Notes under the pieces: generated by a model
Database searches by the model: none
Told to the model about the DNA's origin: nothing
What the model saw: the letters and a program-made list of their open reading frames with translations, nothing else
Part shown: piece by piece, positions 10,355 to 20,076 of the stretch
Layout: each line of letters starts with the position of its first letter
Position numbering within the stretch: position 1 is the first letter of the stretch
From: Bacillus subtilis subsp. subtilis str. 168
GTDB taxonomy: Bacteria > Bacillota > Bacilli > Bacillales > Bacillaceae
Direction: 5' to 3'
NCBI RefSeq assembly: GCF_000009045.1
Contig: NC_000964.3
Location: forward strand, 2,310,001 to 2,342,000
DNA: 32,000 nucleotides
Position numbers and translations under genes: made by a program

Positions 10355-11860
10355 TTATAACAGATAGAGATTTGAATATTTGTTTGATAAATAATCAATT
10401 AAATAGCGAACATTCAGCTCTTCTCCTGTTGCATCTTTAATAATGTCTAACGGCTTTTTCCGTTTTCCGTGAATGTGCACCTTTTCCGTCAGCCATTGCT
10501 TTATCGGATGGAACTCTCCTCTTTCCAAGAGAGCGTCAAATTCAGGGAGATCCTCAAGCATTTTTTGTTTCAGCTGAGCCGCATACATGTAGCCGAGCGC
10601 ATAGGATGGGAAGTAGCCGAAATCTCCACCTGCCCAATGGACGTCCTGTAAAATCCCCTCTGCGTCGGTCTGCGGTGTAATCCCTAAATAATCCTGGTAT
10701 TTTTGATTCCAAAGCGACGGCAGATCTTCCACAGACACTTCATTGCTGAAAATCGCTTTTTCAATTTCATAACGGATGATGATATGAAGAGGATACGTCA
10801 ATTCATCCGCTTCGACCCTGATAAATGAAGGTTTTGATTCATTGATTGCCCGGACAAAATCATCCAGGGAGATGTCCTTGAACTGTACAGGTGATGCCTC
10901 TTGAATCTTCTTATAGTACGGAGTCCAAAAATGCTTGTTGCGGCCGATAAAATTCTCGTAAAATAATGATTGCGATTCATGAATTCCCATCGATGCGCCG
11001 TCTGACAAGTTCGTGCCACTGAGTGCTTCATCAATATTTTGCTCGTAAATCGCGTGCCCGCACTCATGAATGGTCCCAAAGATCGCCGTCCGGAAATCTT
11101 TTTCATCATATCTCGTCGTGACCCGAACGTCTCCCCGATTCAGCGTAGTTGCAAACGGATGAACGGTTTCATCAAGTCTTCCGCCATCAAAATCGTAGCC
11201 AAGCTCCTGTAAAAAATACAGACTGAGCTCTTTTTGCTTTTCTTTCGGGAACGCTTTTGTAATAAAGCTTGTATCTGGTTTATTTCCGGAAGCTGTCACC
11301 TGTTTAACAAGAGGGATAATCGCTTCCTTCAGCTCAGCAAACAACTGATCAAGCACCTTTACCGTGACGCCGGGCTCAAACAAATCAAGCAATGCATCAT
11401 AAGGATGCTCTTGATATCCCCAATACGTAATAAAACGTTTATTGAATTCAATCAGCTGTTCTAAATAAGGAGAAAACAAGCTGAAATCAGATTTTCCTTT
11501 CGCTTCCTCCCACGCTGTTTCTGCCTTTGAACACAGAATCACGTATTCTTTGTATTCAGCCTCAGGGATTTTCTTATTCTCTTCATACTCTTTTTTCGCC
11601 AGTTCCACTGCTTTTTTCGTATCTTCCGACAAGTCATCAAATCGTTCATACAGGACATCGATAAGCTCCTTCATTCGATCTGATGTTTGGATATTGAATA
11701 TATCTGTTGAAAGCTGGCCGATACTTTCGGCACGATCCTCTGAGCCATTTTTCGGCGCGCCTGTTCTGGAGTCCCAGTGCATTAACGCAACTGCTTCGCT
11801 GTAATGTGAGATTCTTTTTAAAAGATCAAAAAATTCTTTTTCATATGTATGTATCTCCAT
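10355..11860 (-). CDS. ypwA: Carboxypeptidase Taq family metallopeptidase (M32)
   Basis: About 501 aa from MEIHTYEKEFF. GTIHECGHAIYEQ (HExxH), ESQSLFYEN, TYPLHIIIRYEIEK motifs. Confidence 0.95.
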   Translation of the reverse strand: MEIHTYEKEFFDLLKRISHYSEAVALMHWDSRTGAPKNGSEDRAESIGQLSTDIFNIQTSDRMKELIDVLYERFDDLSEDTKKAVELAKKEYEENKKIPEAEYKEYVILCSKAETAWEEAKGKSDFSLFSPYLEQLIEFNKRFITYWGYQEHPYDALLDLFEPGVTVKVLDQLFAELKEAIIPLVKQVTASGNKPDTSFITKAFPKEKQKELSLYFLQELGYDFDGGRLDETVHPFATTLNRGDVRVTTRYDEKDFRTAIFGTIHECGHAIYEQNIDEALSGTNLSDGASMGIHESQSLFYENFIGRNKHFWTPYYKKIQEASPVQFKDISLDDFVRAINESKPSFIRVEADELTYPLHIIIRYEIEKAIFSNEVSVEDLPSLWNQKYQDYLGITPQTDAEGILQDVHWAGGDFGYFPSYALGYMYAAQLKQKMLEDLPEFDALLERGEFHPIKQWLTEKVHIHGKRKKPLDIIKDATGEELNVRYLIDYLSNKYSNLYLL

Positions 11861-11885
11861 ATCCATTCCCTCCCTATTCTAGCCG

Positions 11886-11906
11886 TTCCATTACAGGCTA
11901 ATGGAA
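11886..11906. repeat. Perfect inverted repeat in the ypwA 5' leader
   Basis: ttccattacaggctaatggaa, an 8-bp perfect stem with 5-nt loop and no adjacent U-tract. Confidence 0.6.
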
Positions 11907-11934
11907 GGGGGTATGAAAGTCAAATTGTTTGTAT

Positions 11935-11970
11935 AAAAGGCTGCCGGTATGTTTTGTGGCAGCCTTTTTA
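11935..11970 (-). terminator. Terminator of the kdgRKAT operon
   Basis: aaaggctgcc/ggcagccttt 10-bp stem, with a U-run on either strand. Confidence 0.85.
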
Positions 11971-11971
11971 T

Positions 11972-12964
11972 TCAGTTGATCGTCATTTGATTTTTTGGCG
12001 GAGGTGTTCTCCGCTTTTTCTGCTTGATTTTTTTATCTACCCACACTGTTGCCAGCGGGGTTAAGAGCGAGGTGACAATAACGCTTGTCGCGATAATTGC
12101 AGTTGCCGACTCAGCAACTGGCGCAAATGAGGCATTCGCTTCCGCTAATGCATATGGCACGGCTACAGCCGCCCCTGCCGTAGAAGAAGCGGCCACTCCC
12201 GCGACACCATCTCCCCGCGCAATAAAACGATCAAGCAAAAACAAAGAACTGCCCGATAAAATGACGACAGAAACTCCGATAAAAATGCCGAGCAGCCCTG
12301 ATTGGATCAGCATTCCAAAATTCAAGGTATTGCCGAGCGAAAAGGCGAAAAATGGAATGATCGCCGGCACAACCTTGCTGAATAAGTCTCTGAGATCATG
12401 ATCCAGATTTCCAAGTATACATCCAAGTAAAAACGGGATGACTGTCGCTGCCAGCGTTTCCCATGGGAATGCGGCAAGTCCCGTCACACCAAACGTCACC
12501 ATGGTCATAAAAGGACCAGATTCTGTACTGATAAAGGCGAAAGCGCCCGCATCCTCTTTTCTTCCCATGTGATTCATGAGCGCCAAATACAGTCCGCCGT
12601 TCGTTTCATTCATTACCGCGACAATTGCTAAAACAGAAAGGCCTGCAAAAAAGCCGGATTGTATGCCATCGTCAGGTATAAATTGCGCTGCGATCACGCC
12701 GAGCAGCGCCGCAAATCCGATCTTCCCCAATAATAACGTGATTCCTTTTCTTGCGATATAGCCTGAAGAACGAAAATCAATCGTTGCTCCTACGCAAAAG
12801 ATAAAAACACCCAGTATCGGCAGCGTTCCGGTAATCAAAGCACCCGTAAACCCTCCAAAGAACTCCGCTGTTCCAGGCGCAAACGTGTTGAGCGCCGCTC
12901 CAAGAAATAGCGGAATAATCATCATTCCGCCAGGTACCCGTTCAATTGTCGCCTTGATTTTCAT
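11972..12964 (-). CDS. kdgT: 2-keto-3-deoxygluconate permease
   Basis: 330 aa hydrophobic protein with KdgT-family motifs (ETNGGLYLALM, GCILGNLDHDLRD). In an operon with kdgA/K/R. Confidence 0.95.
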   Translation of the reverse strand: MKIKATIERVPGGMMIIPLFLGAALNTFAPGTAEFFGGFTGALITGTLPILGVFIFCVGATIDFRSSGYIARKGITLLLGKIGFAALLGVIAAQFIPDDGIQSGFFAGLSVLAIVAVMNETNGGLYLALMNHMGRKEDAGAFAFISTESGPFMTMVTFGVTGLAAFPWETLAATVIPFLLGCILGNLDHDLRDLFSKVVPAIIPFFAFSLGNTLNFGMLIQSGLLGIFIGVSVVILSGSSLFLLDRFIARGDGVAGVAASSTAGAAVAVPYALAEANASFAPVAESATAIIATSVIVTSLLTPLATVWVDKKIKQKKRRTPPPKNQMTIN

Positions 12965-13008
12965 ATTGTGGATTCTCCCATCCTCCGGTTATGAAAAAAC
13001 AATTCCAC

Positions 13009-13599
13009 TTACACTTGGAAAACAGCCTGCAAATCCTCTTTTGAACAGCTGCCCAACTGGCTGCCGACTCCGACGGCGCCAGCTCCGGCTCTAAGCCAAT
13101 CAGGCACTTCAGACGGATGTATCCCGCCTGTCGGAATAAAGGTCACCTGCGGGAAAGGACCCGCTAAATTTTTCATAAACGGAATGCCAAACACACCGCT
13201 TGGGAACAGCTTTAATGTCGTAAAACCGAATGTCAGCGCTTCCATAATTTCGCTCGGAGTCAAGACGCCGGGGATATAATGTGTCTTTACAAAAGATAGA
13301 TGTTCAGCAAGATCAGCTGAAAAACCCGGACTGACAATAAACTGCGCGCCAGCCTTAGCAGCTTCCCCAGCTTGCTGCGCGCTGATGACCGTACCCGCGC
13401 CAATTAAAATATCTTCCCTATTACGGAAGGATTCGATAATATCTGATGCCCCGGGGGTCGTATACGTCACTTCAACTGCACGAATCCCTTTATCTAATAA
13501 ACTCTCAATCTGCTGACAGGCCTCCTGCTTATCCTTTGAACGAATGACTGCAATCAGCTTTGCTTCTTTCAGACGGTTTTCAACGACTTTGGACTCCAT
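13009..13599 (-). CDS. kdgA: KDPG/KHG aldolase
   Basis: 196 aa. [35 protein letters not shown] (Lys Schiff base), PTGGI. Confidence 0.96.
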
Positions 13600-13600
13600 A

Positions 13601-14575
13601 TTAATAATCCCCTTTCTTTTGGTGAACCGTTCTTTGAGCAGATAAAAAAGAAGCTAATTTCTCCCTGGTCGGCAAACCGTCCATATCCCCCGGTGCCTGC
13701 ACTTGCAAAGCGCCAATCGCATTTCCCCTTTGCACCGCATCCTTGTACGACAAACCGTCTAGGATACCGCTGATTACACCGACTGCAAATCCGTCTCCGG
13801 CGCCGACCGTATCAACCACCCGGTCGACCCGGCAGCCTTCTAGAAATCCTTCACTTGTCCCCGTTTTAAAGTAAGCGCCTTCTTTTCCAAGTTTAATAGC
13901 AACAAAGCTGGCACCTTTTTTCAAATAATAGTCGGCAATGCCTTCAGGTGTTTTTTCTCCGGTCAATAGCTCTCCCTCTGCGATACCCGGGAAAAACCAG
14001 TCTGCAAGCCCAGCCAGATCATTGATTGTGTGTACCATTGTTGCTTGATCAGGCCAAAGCGAAGGTCTTACATTAGGGTCGAATGAAATGGTCTTCCCTG
14101 CGTTTCTCATGTCGTTCATGACATGATACGTGAAGTCTTTCATCTCGGCTGATAAAGCAGGCGGAATACCTGTCACATGCAAATGGCCTGCGCATTGAAA
14201 ATAATCTCTCGGATATTCAGCTGTAGTTAATGTGCTTGCAGCTGAGTTTTTCCTATAGTAGGTAACTTGCGGGTCGCCTTCTTTCACTTTTGACTTCAGC
14301 AGCAGCCCGGTGGGATTTTCGTCCTGCGAGCGGATCACGCGGGACACATCCACTCCCTCTTTTTTAAGCTCTTGTAAAATAAACGTTCCGAGCTGATCAT
14401 TGCCGACCTTGCTCATCCATCCCATTCGAAATCCGAGTCTGGCAAGGCCGCAGGCGACATTGCTTTCTGCTCCGGCAAGCCCTTTAGAAAAAGTGGATAC
14501 TTCATGAAGGCCTCCATACTCATTTGCATAAAACATGGCCATTGATTCCCCGAATGTCACCGCATCAAGCTTCAT
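13601..14575 (-). CDS. kdgK: 2-keto-3-deoxygluconate kinase (PfkB family)
   Basis: 324 aa. [18 protein letters not shown] and [13 protein letters not shown] PfkB signatures. Confidence 0.96.
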
Positions 14576-14612
14576 CTCTTCCCAACCTCCTCTTAGTTGA
14601 GGGCACCTAGGA

Positions 14613-15632
14613 TTAAAGTGACTTTCTCATGATGACTTTTGCCTCTAATTCAATGGTTTGAGGCGCTCCTTTGTCACCTTCAATCCTTTTTAATACACGT
14701 TCCATCGCCGTCCTGCCCATATCATGTGACGGCTGGGCGATCGTTGTAATGCCTGGACCGATCAGTTTGTACCACTCCGTATCATCGAATCCTGCAATCC
14801 CTATATCTTGAGGGATGCGCAGGCCAAGCTCTTCCATACAGCTGATGATTTTCAGCATAATCAAGCCATTCAAAGCCAGAATCGCTTTTTTTTGCTCCGG
14901 CATTTCCTTGTGAAAAGAACGAAGCTCCGCCTTAAGCTGCTCCTTGTCCTTTACGTCAATTTCATGCAATCTGACAAGCCCGTTCACATTTTGAACCGAA
15001 GCCATTTCCTGATACACAGCTGCTCTTTCTGCACGAGGGCTGATAGAGGAAATCGGTTCGGTAAACAGCGCGACATCAGTATACCCTTTGCTGTACACCT
15101 TCTGAAGAATCTCTTTTGTGATCCATCTGTTGTCAGTCGTTACGGTATCCAGTTTCAGATCCGGCAGTTTCCGGTCAATTAAGATTGTTGGAATTTGCTG
15201 TTCAGCAAAAGCGCGGAGTACATCCTTGTTTTCCCCTGTTGCGTTTAAAATCAAGCCCTCAACCGAATGGGCTTCTAGCTTTAAGAGCATTTCCCGCTCT
15301 TTTTCAGGACTGTTATCTGTGTTGCACACCATAATGCTGTATCCATATTGATCACAAACCTCTTCGACTCCCCTGAAAGCAGCGACCGAAAAAGGATTTG
15401 TAATGTCAGCCACAACAAATCCGATTAACTTGCTTTTTTTTATTTTCAAACCTTGTGCCATTTTACTCGGCCGATAATTCAATTCTGCGATTGCCTTTTT
15501 AATGTTTTTCACTTTTTCAGGAGAAATCGCGTCAATTTTTCCGTTAATATAGCGGGAAACTGTCGATTTCGAAACTCCTGCACATTCAGCTACGTCTTTG
15601 ATGGTTGTATGGCCTGTTGTTTTCTTTTTCAT
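14613..15632 (-). CDS. kdgR: LacI-family repressor KdgR
   Basis: 339 aa with N-terminal HTH TIKDVAECAGVSKSTVSRYING and a periplasmic-binding-like C-terminal domain. Confidence 0.95.
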   Translation of the reverse strand: MKKKTTGHTTIKDVAECAGVSKSTVSRYINGKIDAISPEKVKNIKKAIAELNYRPSKMAQGLKIKKSKLIGFVVADITNPFSVAAFRGVEEVCDQYGYSIMVCNTDNSPEKEREMLLKLEAHSVEGLILNATGENKDVLRAFAEQQIPTILIDRKLPDLKLDTVTTDNRWITKEILQKVYSKGYTDVALFTEPISSISPRAERAAVYQEMASVQNVNGLVRLHEIDVKDKEQLKAELRSFHKEMPEQKKAILALNGLIMLKIISCMEELGLRIPQDIGIAGFDDTEWYKLIGPGITTIAQPSHDMGRTAMERVLKRIEGDKGAPQTIELEAKVIMRKSL

Positions 15633-15658
15633 TCAAGTGCTCCTGTATCTCATATATT

Positions 15659-15685
15659 TGAAACCGATTTCAAAACCGTTACAAC
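15659..15685. promoter_or_regulatory. cre (CcpA) / KdgR operator-like elements upstream of kdgR
   Basis: TGAAACCGATTTCA (15659-15672) matches cre TGWAANCGNTNWCA at every position. The adjacent CAAAACCGTTACAAC is LacI-operator-like. Confidence 0.65.
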
Positions 15686-15789
15686 AAAAGAATACCATAA
15701 TTTTAAAATTTGGGAAGAGTTTTTTTAATAATATGTCAATTCATTATTTTTTCGTTGACTCTTTTCACTATTTATCCTAAAATTTTCTT

Positions 15790-15803
15790 TGAAACCGTTA
15801 CCA
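15790..15803. promoter_or_regulatory. cre/KdgR operator-like element upstream of kduI
   Basis: TGAAACCGTTACCA differs from the cre consensus at one position and resembles the kdgR-side elements. Confidence 0.6.
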
Positions 15804-15853
15804 AAATATTTTCATTCAAGTGATGCTGAAATCCTAACCAAGGGGGAAATATA

Positions 15854-16681
15854 ATGGAAAATCGTTATTCTGTACATCCTGAACAAGTAAAACGCTTTAC
15901 AACAGAGGAGCTTCGCAGTCATTTCTTAATGGATTCTTTATTTACAGAAAACAAACTTACGATGTATTACTCACATGAAGACCGGGTTGTCATCGGCGGA
16001 GCGGCTCCAGGGCAAAGTGAACTGAAGCTTGATGCAGGTGATTTTCTAAAAACAGACTTCTTTTTGGAACGGCGTGAAATCGGGATTATTAATGTCGGCC
16101 AGCCTGGTGCCGTTAGAGTCGGCGATGATGAATATGTGCTTCAAACAAAGGATTTTCTCTATATTGGAATGGGCAATCAGGATGTATCGTTTTCAAGCCT
16201 GAACGGGGAAAAAGCGAAGTTTTACTTCGTCTCCGCTTGCGCCCACAAAAGCTATCCGACACAAAAAGCCGCCCTATCTGAACTGACACCGGACCGCCTT
16301 GGTGATGATGCAGCGTCTAATGTCAGAAGTCTGTACAAAGTCATTCATCAGGATGGCATTAAAAGCTGTCAGCTGATGATGGGAATAACGATGTTAGATC
16401 AAAACAACAACTGGAATACCATGCCAGCACACGTTCATGACCGTCGGATGGAGGCTTATCTTTATCTGGATCTTGAAAAGGACTCAAAGGTATTTCATTT
16501 CATGGGCCAGCCGGACGAAACACGCCATCTTGTTGTTGGAAATGAGCAGGCTGTCCTTTCTCCCGCTTGGTCTATTCATTCTGGCGCAGGAACATCAAAC
16601 TATAGCTTTGTGTGGGCGATGGCTGGAGAAAATTACACATTTACGGACATGGATCTCATTCCAATGGATGGGCTGAAATAA
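15854..16681 (+). CDS. kduI: 5-keto-4-deoxyuronate isomerase
   Basis: 275 aa. KduI signature NTMPAHVHDRRMEAYLYLDL. Confidence 0.97.
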   Translation: MENRYSVHPEQVKRFTTEELRSHFLMDSLFTENKLTMYYSHEDRVVIGGAAPGQSELKLDAGDFLKTDFFLERREIGIINVGQPGAVRVGDDEYVLQTKDFLYIGMGNQDVSFSSLNGEKAKFYFVSACAHKSYPTQKAALSELTPDRLGDDAASNVRSLYKVIHQDGIKSCQLMMGITMLDQNNNWNTMPAHVHDRRMEAYLYLDLEKDSKVFHFMGQPDETRHLVVGNEQAVLSPAWSIHSGAGTSNYSFVWAMAGENYTFTDMDLIPMDGLK

Positions 16682-16682
16682 G

Positions 16683-17447
16683 ATGGGTTATCTACATGAC
16701 GCCTTTTCATTAAAAGGAAAAACAGCGCTGGTGACAGGCCCGGGAACAGGGATCGGTCAAGGAATAGCCAAAGCCCTAGCCGGGGCTGGCGCTGATATTA
16801 TCGGCACATCACATACAAGCAGTCTGTCTGAAACACAGCAGCTTGTGGAACAGGAAGGCCGGATATTTACATCTTTTACATTGGACATGAGCAAGCCGGA
16901 AGCGATAAAGGATTCTGCAGCTGAGCTGTTTGAAAACAGGCAGATCGACATCCTTGTCAATAATGCCGGCATTATTCATCGGGAAAAAGCGGAAGATTTT
17001 CCAGAAGAGAACTGGCAGCACGTACTGAATGTCAATCTAAACAGCCTGTTTATTCTGACACAGCTTGCTGGCAGGCACATGCTGAAAAGAGGTCATGGAA
17101 AGATTATTAATATTGCCTCTCTCCTGTCTTTTCAAGGCGGCATCCTCGTTCCGGCTTACACCGCGAGCAAACACGCTGTTGCCGGTTTGACAAAATCATT
17201 TGCAAATGAGTGGGCAGCGTCAGGTATTCAGGTCAACGCAATCGCCCCAGGCTATATTTCTACTGCGAATACAAAGCCTATTCGGGATGACGAAAAGCGA
17301 AATGAGGACATTTTAAAGAGAATTCCTGCCGGCCGCTGGGGCCAAGCGGATGATATCGGGGGGACTGCAGTCTTTTTGGCATCACGTGCTTCAGATTATG
17401 TAAATGGACATATTTTAGCAGTTGATGGCGGCTGGCTATCCCGCTGA
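16683..17447 (+). CDS. kduD: 2-deoxy-D-gluconate 3-dehydrogenase (SDR family)
   Basis: 254 aa. TGPGTGIGQGIAKAL, NNAGI, YTASKHAV. Confidence 0.96.
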   Translation: MGYLHDAFSLKGKTALVTGPGTGIGQGIAKALAGAGADIIGTSHTSSLSETQQLVEQEGRIFTSFTLDMSKPEAIKDSAAELFENRQIDILVNNAGIIHREKAEDFPEENWQHVLNVNLNSLFILTQLAGRHMLKRGHGKIINIASLLSFQGGILVPAYTASKHAVAGLTKSFANEWAASGIQVNAIAPGYISTANTKPIRDDEKRNEDILKRIPAGRWGQADDIGGTAVFLASRASDYVNGHILAVDGGWLSR

Positions 17448-17451
17448 CAAA

Positions 17452-17484
17452 TAAAAAAGCTGACGAACGATCGTCAGCTTTTTT
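17452..17484. terminator. Bidirectional terminator between kduD and ypvA
   Basis: agctgacga-acga-tcgtcagct stem flanked by A-run and T-run. Confidence 0.93.
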
Positions 17485-17487
17485 CCA

Positions 17488-19413
17488 TTACATCATGTGC
17501 GGTTCAACAGGCAAGACCTTTTTGACCTCATCAATGATGCGTTCATTTTCTCCGCCAGCGTAAATGTGAATCGAGCCGCTGTCTTGATTCGAGCGAATCA
17601 GGCGCCCGATGCCCTGCCGTACACGTAACAACATATATGGCAGATCAACTTCTTCGAACGGATCTTTTTTCGCTCCGTTGCGCTTCGCTGTAAATACAGG
17701 ATCGTGTGGCGGGAACGGTAATGACCAAATGGTAACATTCTTCAATGCGTCACCGGGAATGTCGAGTCCTTCCCATAAGTGAACTGAACAAAGTACTGTT
17801 TCTTCTTCCTCTTGGAATTTCTCTACTAAGCTGCTGATTTCCTCATCACCTTCGAAGAAAATTGGATACGGCAGCTCCCATGCCGCCGACAGCTCTTTAA
17901 ACTCGTTTAATTCTTCAAAAGAAGGGAAAAGCACCAGCGTTCTTCCTTTGTATCGTTTGATTGTTTCAATCGTTTCAGCCGTTTTTTGTTCAGCGTCCAT
18001 ATCTGTTTTTGCGTATAGATTAATACTCATTTGCTCGTCATAATCATAAGGGGAATCAACAGTTAATGACAAATAATCATGAATCCCAAGACTGTCGGCA
18101 ATATAATCAAACGAACCGCCTTCTGACAGCGTAGCAGAAGAAAAGATATAAGGAATTTTCTTAGAAAACACTTTTTCGCCAAGTACTTCTGCTACCGTTC
18201 TCGGCATCACGACAAAGGTTGATTCTGCTTCCTTTTTCTCCAGCCAGCTGATCGCATCCTTTTGATATAGAGATAATGAATACGCCATTTGTTCAACATA
18301 TTCTTCCACTACTGACAGTTCGTATTGATCAATCGTATACATTTCAGACTCAAATACAAGTGCCTCACCGATTTTATCAAGTAAACGGCAAAGCTCGTCC
18401 GCCGCCTTTTTGACACGATGGTCATTTTTTATTTCTAAACGGTGTGAACCGGCTACTTCCTTTGATTCTTCAGAAAGAACATAGAAAAATTCGTCGTTTG
18501 CGAGAAGCGCATCTTCAATCAATTCTGCAAACTCTTCTCTGATGTCATTTTGCAGCAATCGTTCTAAAAACAATTCAAGAGTAGACTGCTTCACTCTATA
18601 GGTTAGCGCTTTTTGCGCAGCAAACTCTAACAAGTGCCCCTCATCAAATACAACTGCACTATGATCAGGCAAGAGCGGCAGCTGGCCCTCTCGTTTGCGT
18701 GATTCTTCCGTCCACACATGCTCCATATAAAAATCATGGGAACAAATGATTAAGTCCGTTGACTTGCGGTAGTAATCTCTGGAAAGTGTCAGACCGCATC
18801 TGTGTCTCATATCACAAGTCAGACAGTCCTGAAACGAGTCGTAGCTTACGTCAGACCACTCTTCATTCGATAGATTTGCGTACTGCTTACGGTCGCCATA
18901 CGGATAAAAGCGCTGCATCGCCTGGGACTCGTGGACAAATGACGGTAACGACTCATAAAGATCCAGCCATTTATCATCATCAGAACGCTGCATTGTTTTT
19001 TCAAGCTTCTTCAAGCATAAATATTGCTCATGTGATTTTGACAGCCTTGTATCAATTTTCAGATCAAGATGCTCAGCCAGCTTAGAAATATCGCCCTCTT
19101 TTTTCACCAGCTGTTCAATTAATGTTTCATCCGCACAAGCGATGATGGCAGGTTTGCCGACATACCTTGCATAGCTGATTGCAAAAAGAAGATATACCAG
19201 CGTTTTCCCCGTTCCCACTCCAGCTTCGGCGAACATGACTTTTTTCTCTTTAAACGCCCGCTCCAGCTGAAAAGCCATAAATACTTGCTCGTCCCGAAGA
19301 TCAAACCCTTTTTCGGGAAGGATATCGTAAAACACGTCACCAATCCAATTGTTCAATTCTTCATAAAAATTCTTTGTTTTCGTTAAAGAAAAAGGCAAAC
19401 GTGATGTTGTCAC
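17488..19413 (-). CDS. ypvA: DinG/XPD-like ATP-dependent helicase
   Basis: 641 aa. Walker A EAGVGTGKTLVYLL, VFDEGHLL, RVRQGIGRLIRS, and four spaced Cys (CLKKLEK.. CLTCDMRHRC) suggesting an FeS motif. Confidence 0.92.
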   Translation of the reverse strand: MTTSRLPFSLTKTKNFYEELNNWIGDVFYDILPEKGFDLRDEQVFMAFQLERAFKEKKVMFAEAGVGTGKTLVYLLFAISYARYVGKPAIIACADETLIEQLVKKEGDISKLAEHLDLKIDTRLSKSHEQYLCLKKLEKTMQRSDDDKWLDLYESLPSFVHESQAMQRFYPYGDRKQYANLSNEEWSDVSYDSFQDCLTCDMRHRCGLTLSRDYYRKSTDLIICSHDFYMEHVWTEESRKREGQLPLLPDHSAVVFDEGHLLEFAAQKALTYRVKQSTLELFLERLLQNDIREEFAELIEDALLANDEFFYVLSEESKEVAGSHRLEIKNDHRVKKAADELCRLLDKIGEALVFESEMYTIDQYELSVVEEYVEQMAYSLSLYQKDAISWLEKKEAESTFVVMPRTVAEVLGEKVFSKKIPYIFSSATLSEGGSFDYIADSLGIHDYLSLTVDSPYDYDEQMSINLYAKTDMDAEQKTAETIETIKRYKGRTLVLFPSFEELNEFKELSAAWELPYPIFFEGDEEISSLVEKFQEEEETVLCSVHLWEGLDIPGDALKNVTIWSLPFPPHDPVFTAKRNGAKKDPFEEVDLPYMLLRVRQGIGRLIRSNQDSGSIHIYAGGENERIIDEVKKVLPVEPHMM

Positions 19414-19483
19414 CTAGTTCCAACCCCCAACTATTCGACATTCAGACCACCAATAATATCATTTTCCGCTGATGAATACAATA

Positions 19484-19509
19484 AAAAACTTGGCAATGCC
19501 AAGTTTTTT
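19484..19509 (-). terminator. Terminator of yptA
   Basis: aaaaaacttggcaatgccaagttttttg, a symmetrical hairpin with U-runs. Confidence 0.9.
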
Positions 19510-19514
19510 GCAGT

Positions 19515-19706
19515 TTACTTACGATTGATCACATGCGACGATAAAAAAGGATGGTCTGTTGAATAAATATGTTCTACCGCTTTTTCTAAATCAGTTTGCG
19601 CATGCGAAATCACAGACGGAGACGAATCAGTCCCGAGCTCCTTCAGCTCGTTTGCTGTTGCGTCAAGCGCCCTTTGAATAAGATTAAAATGTTCGCTGTT
19701 CAGCAT
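19515..19706 (-). CDS. yptA: Small conserved hypothetical protein YptA
   Basis: 63 aa from MLNSEHFNLIQRALDATANELKEL. Own terminator immediately downstream. Confidence 0.7.
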   Translation of the reverse strand: MLNSEHFNLIQRALDATANELKELGTDSSPSVISHAQTDLEKAVEHIYSTDHPFLSSHVINRK

Positions 19707-19869
19707 GAGATCACCTCTGATGGAAATAATCATCATTGTATGCGAACTTTTCATTTTATATACATGCTTTACCGCATGTTATCACCGAAACATGCACAAA
19801 CTACACTTGATATTCCGTCTCCGGATTATCCGTCTTATCAACAATATTCTATCAGGGAGTGATGTTGAC

Positions 19870-20022
19870 ATGAGTTATAGAAACCGATTAGATCAGCATT
19901 CTGAACTGTTTCATCACAATTGGACGCGGCCTAAACGTTCAAAGTCTCAAGTAAACGGTCACACTGAAATGTCCCAAACCAACATTATATTGAGAAGCAA
20001 CGCGAAAGCTCACCGTTGGTAA
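19870..20022 (+). CDS. Small basic protein of unknown function, 50 aa
   Basis: ATG after gggagtgatgttgac. MSYRNRLDQHSELFHHNWTRPKRSKSQVNGHTEMSQTNIILRSNAKAHRW. Terminator downstream. Confidence 0.6.
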   Translation: MSYRNRLDQHSELFHHNWTRPKRSKSQVNGHTEMSQTNIILRSNAKAHRW

Positions 20023-20045
20023 CGATAGAATAGGGCTGAAAGATG

Positions 20046-20076
20046 AAAGAAGACGCATGCAGAGCGTCTTCTTTTT
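20046..20076 (+). terminator. Terminator of the 50-aa ORF, overlapping the ypsC stop
   Basis: aaagaagacgc/gcgtcttcttt 11-bp stem, then TT on the plus strand. Confidence 0.8.

Noticed and set aside
10798-11109. 103-aa minus ORF within ypwA
   Set aside because: Alternative frame in a long conserved M32 peptidase gene. No RBS or motif.
16437-16676. 79-aa overlapping frame inside kduI
   Set aside because: Out-of-frame ORF within a well-supported isomerase gene, with no independent evidence.
17488-19413. DinG-like helicase as part of a defence island
   Set aside because: No Cas, nuclease or other defence partner alongside. Context is housekeeping (kduD, yptA).
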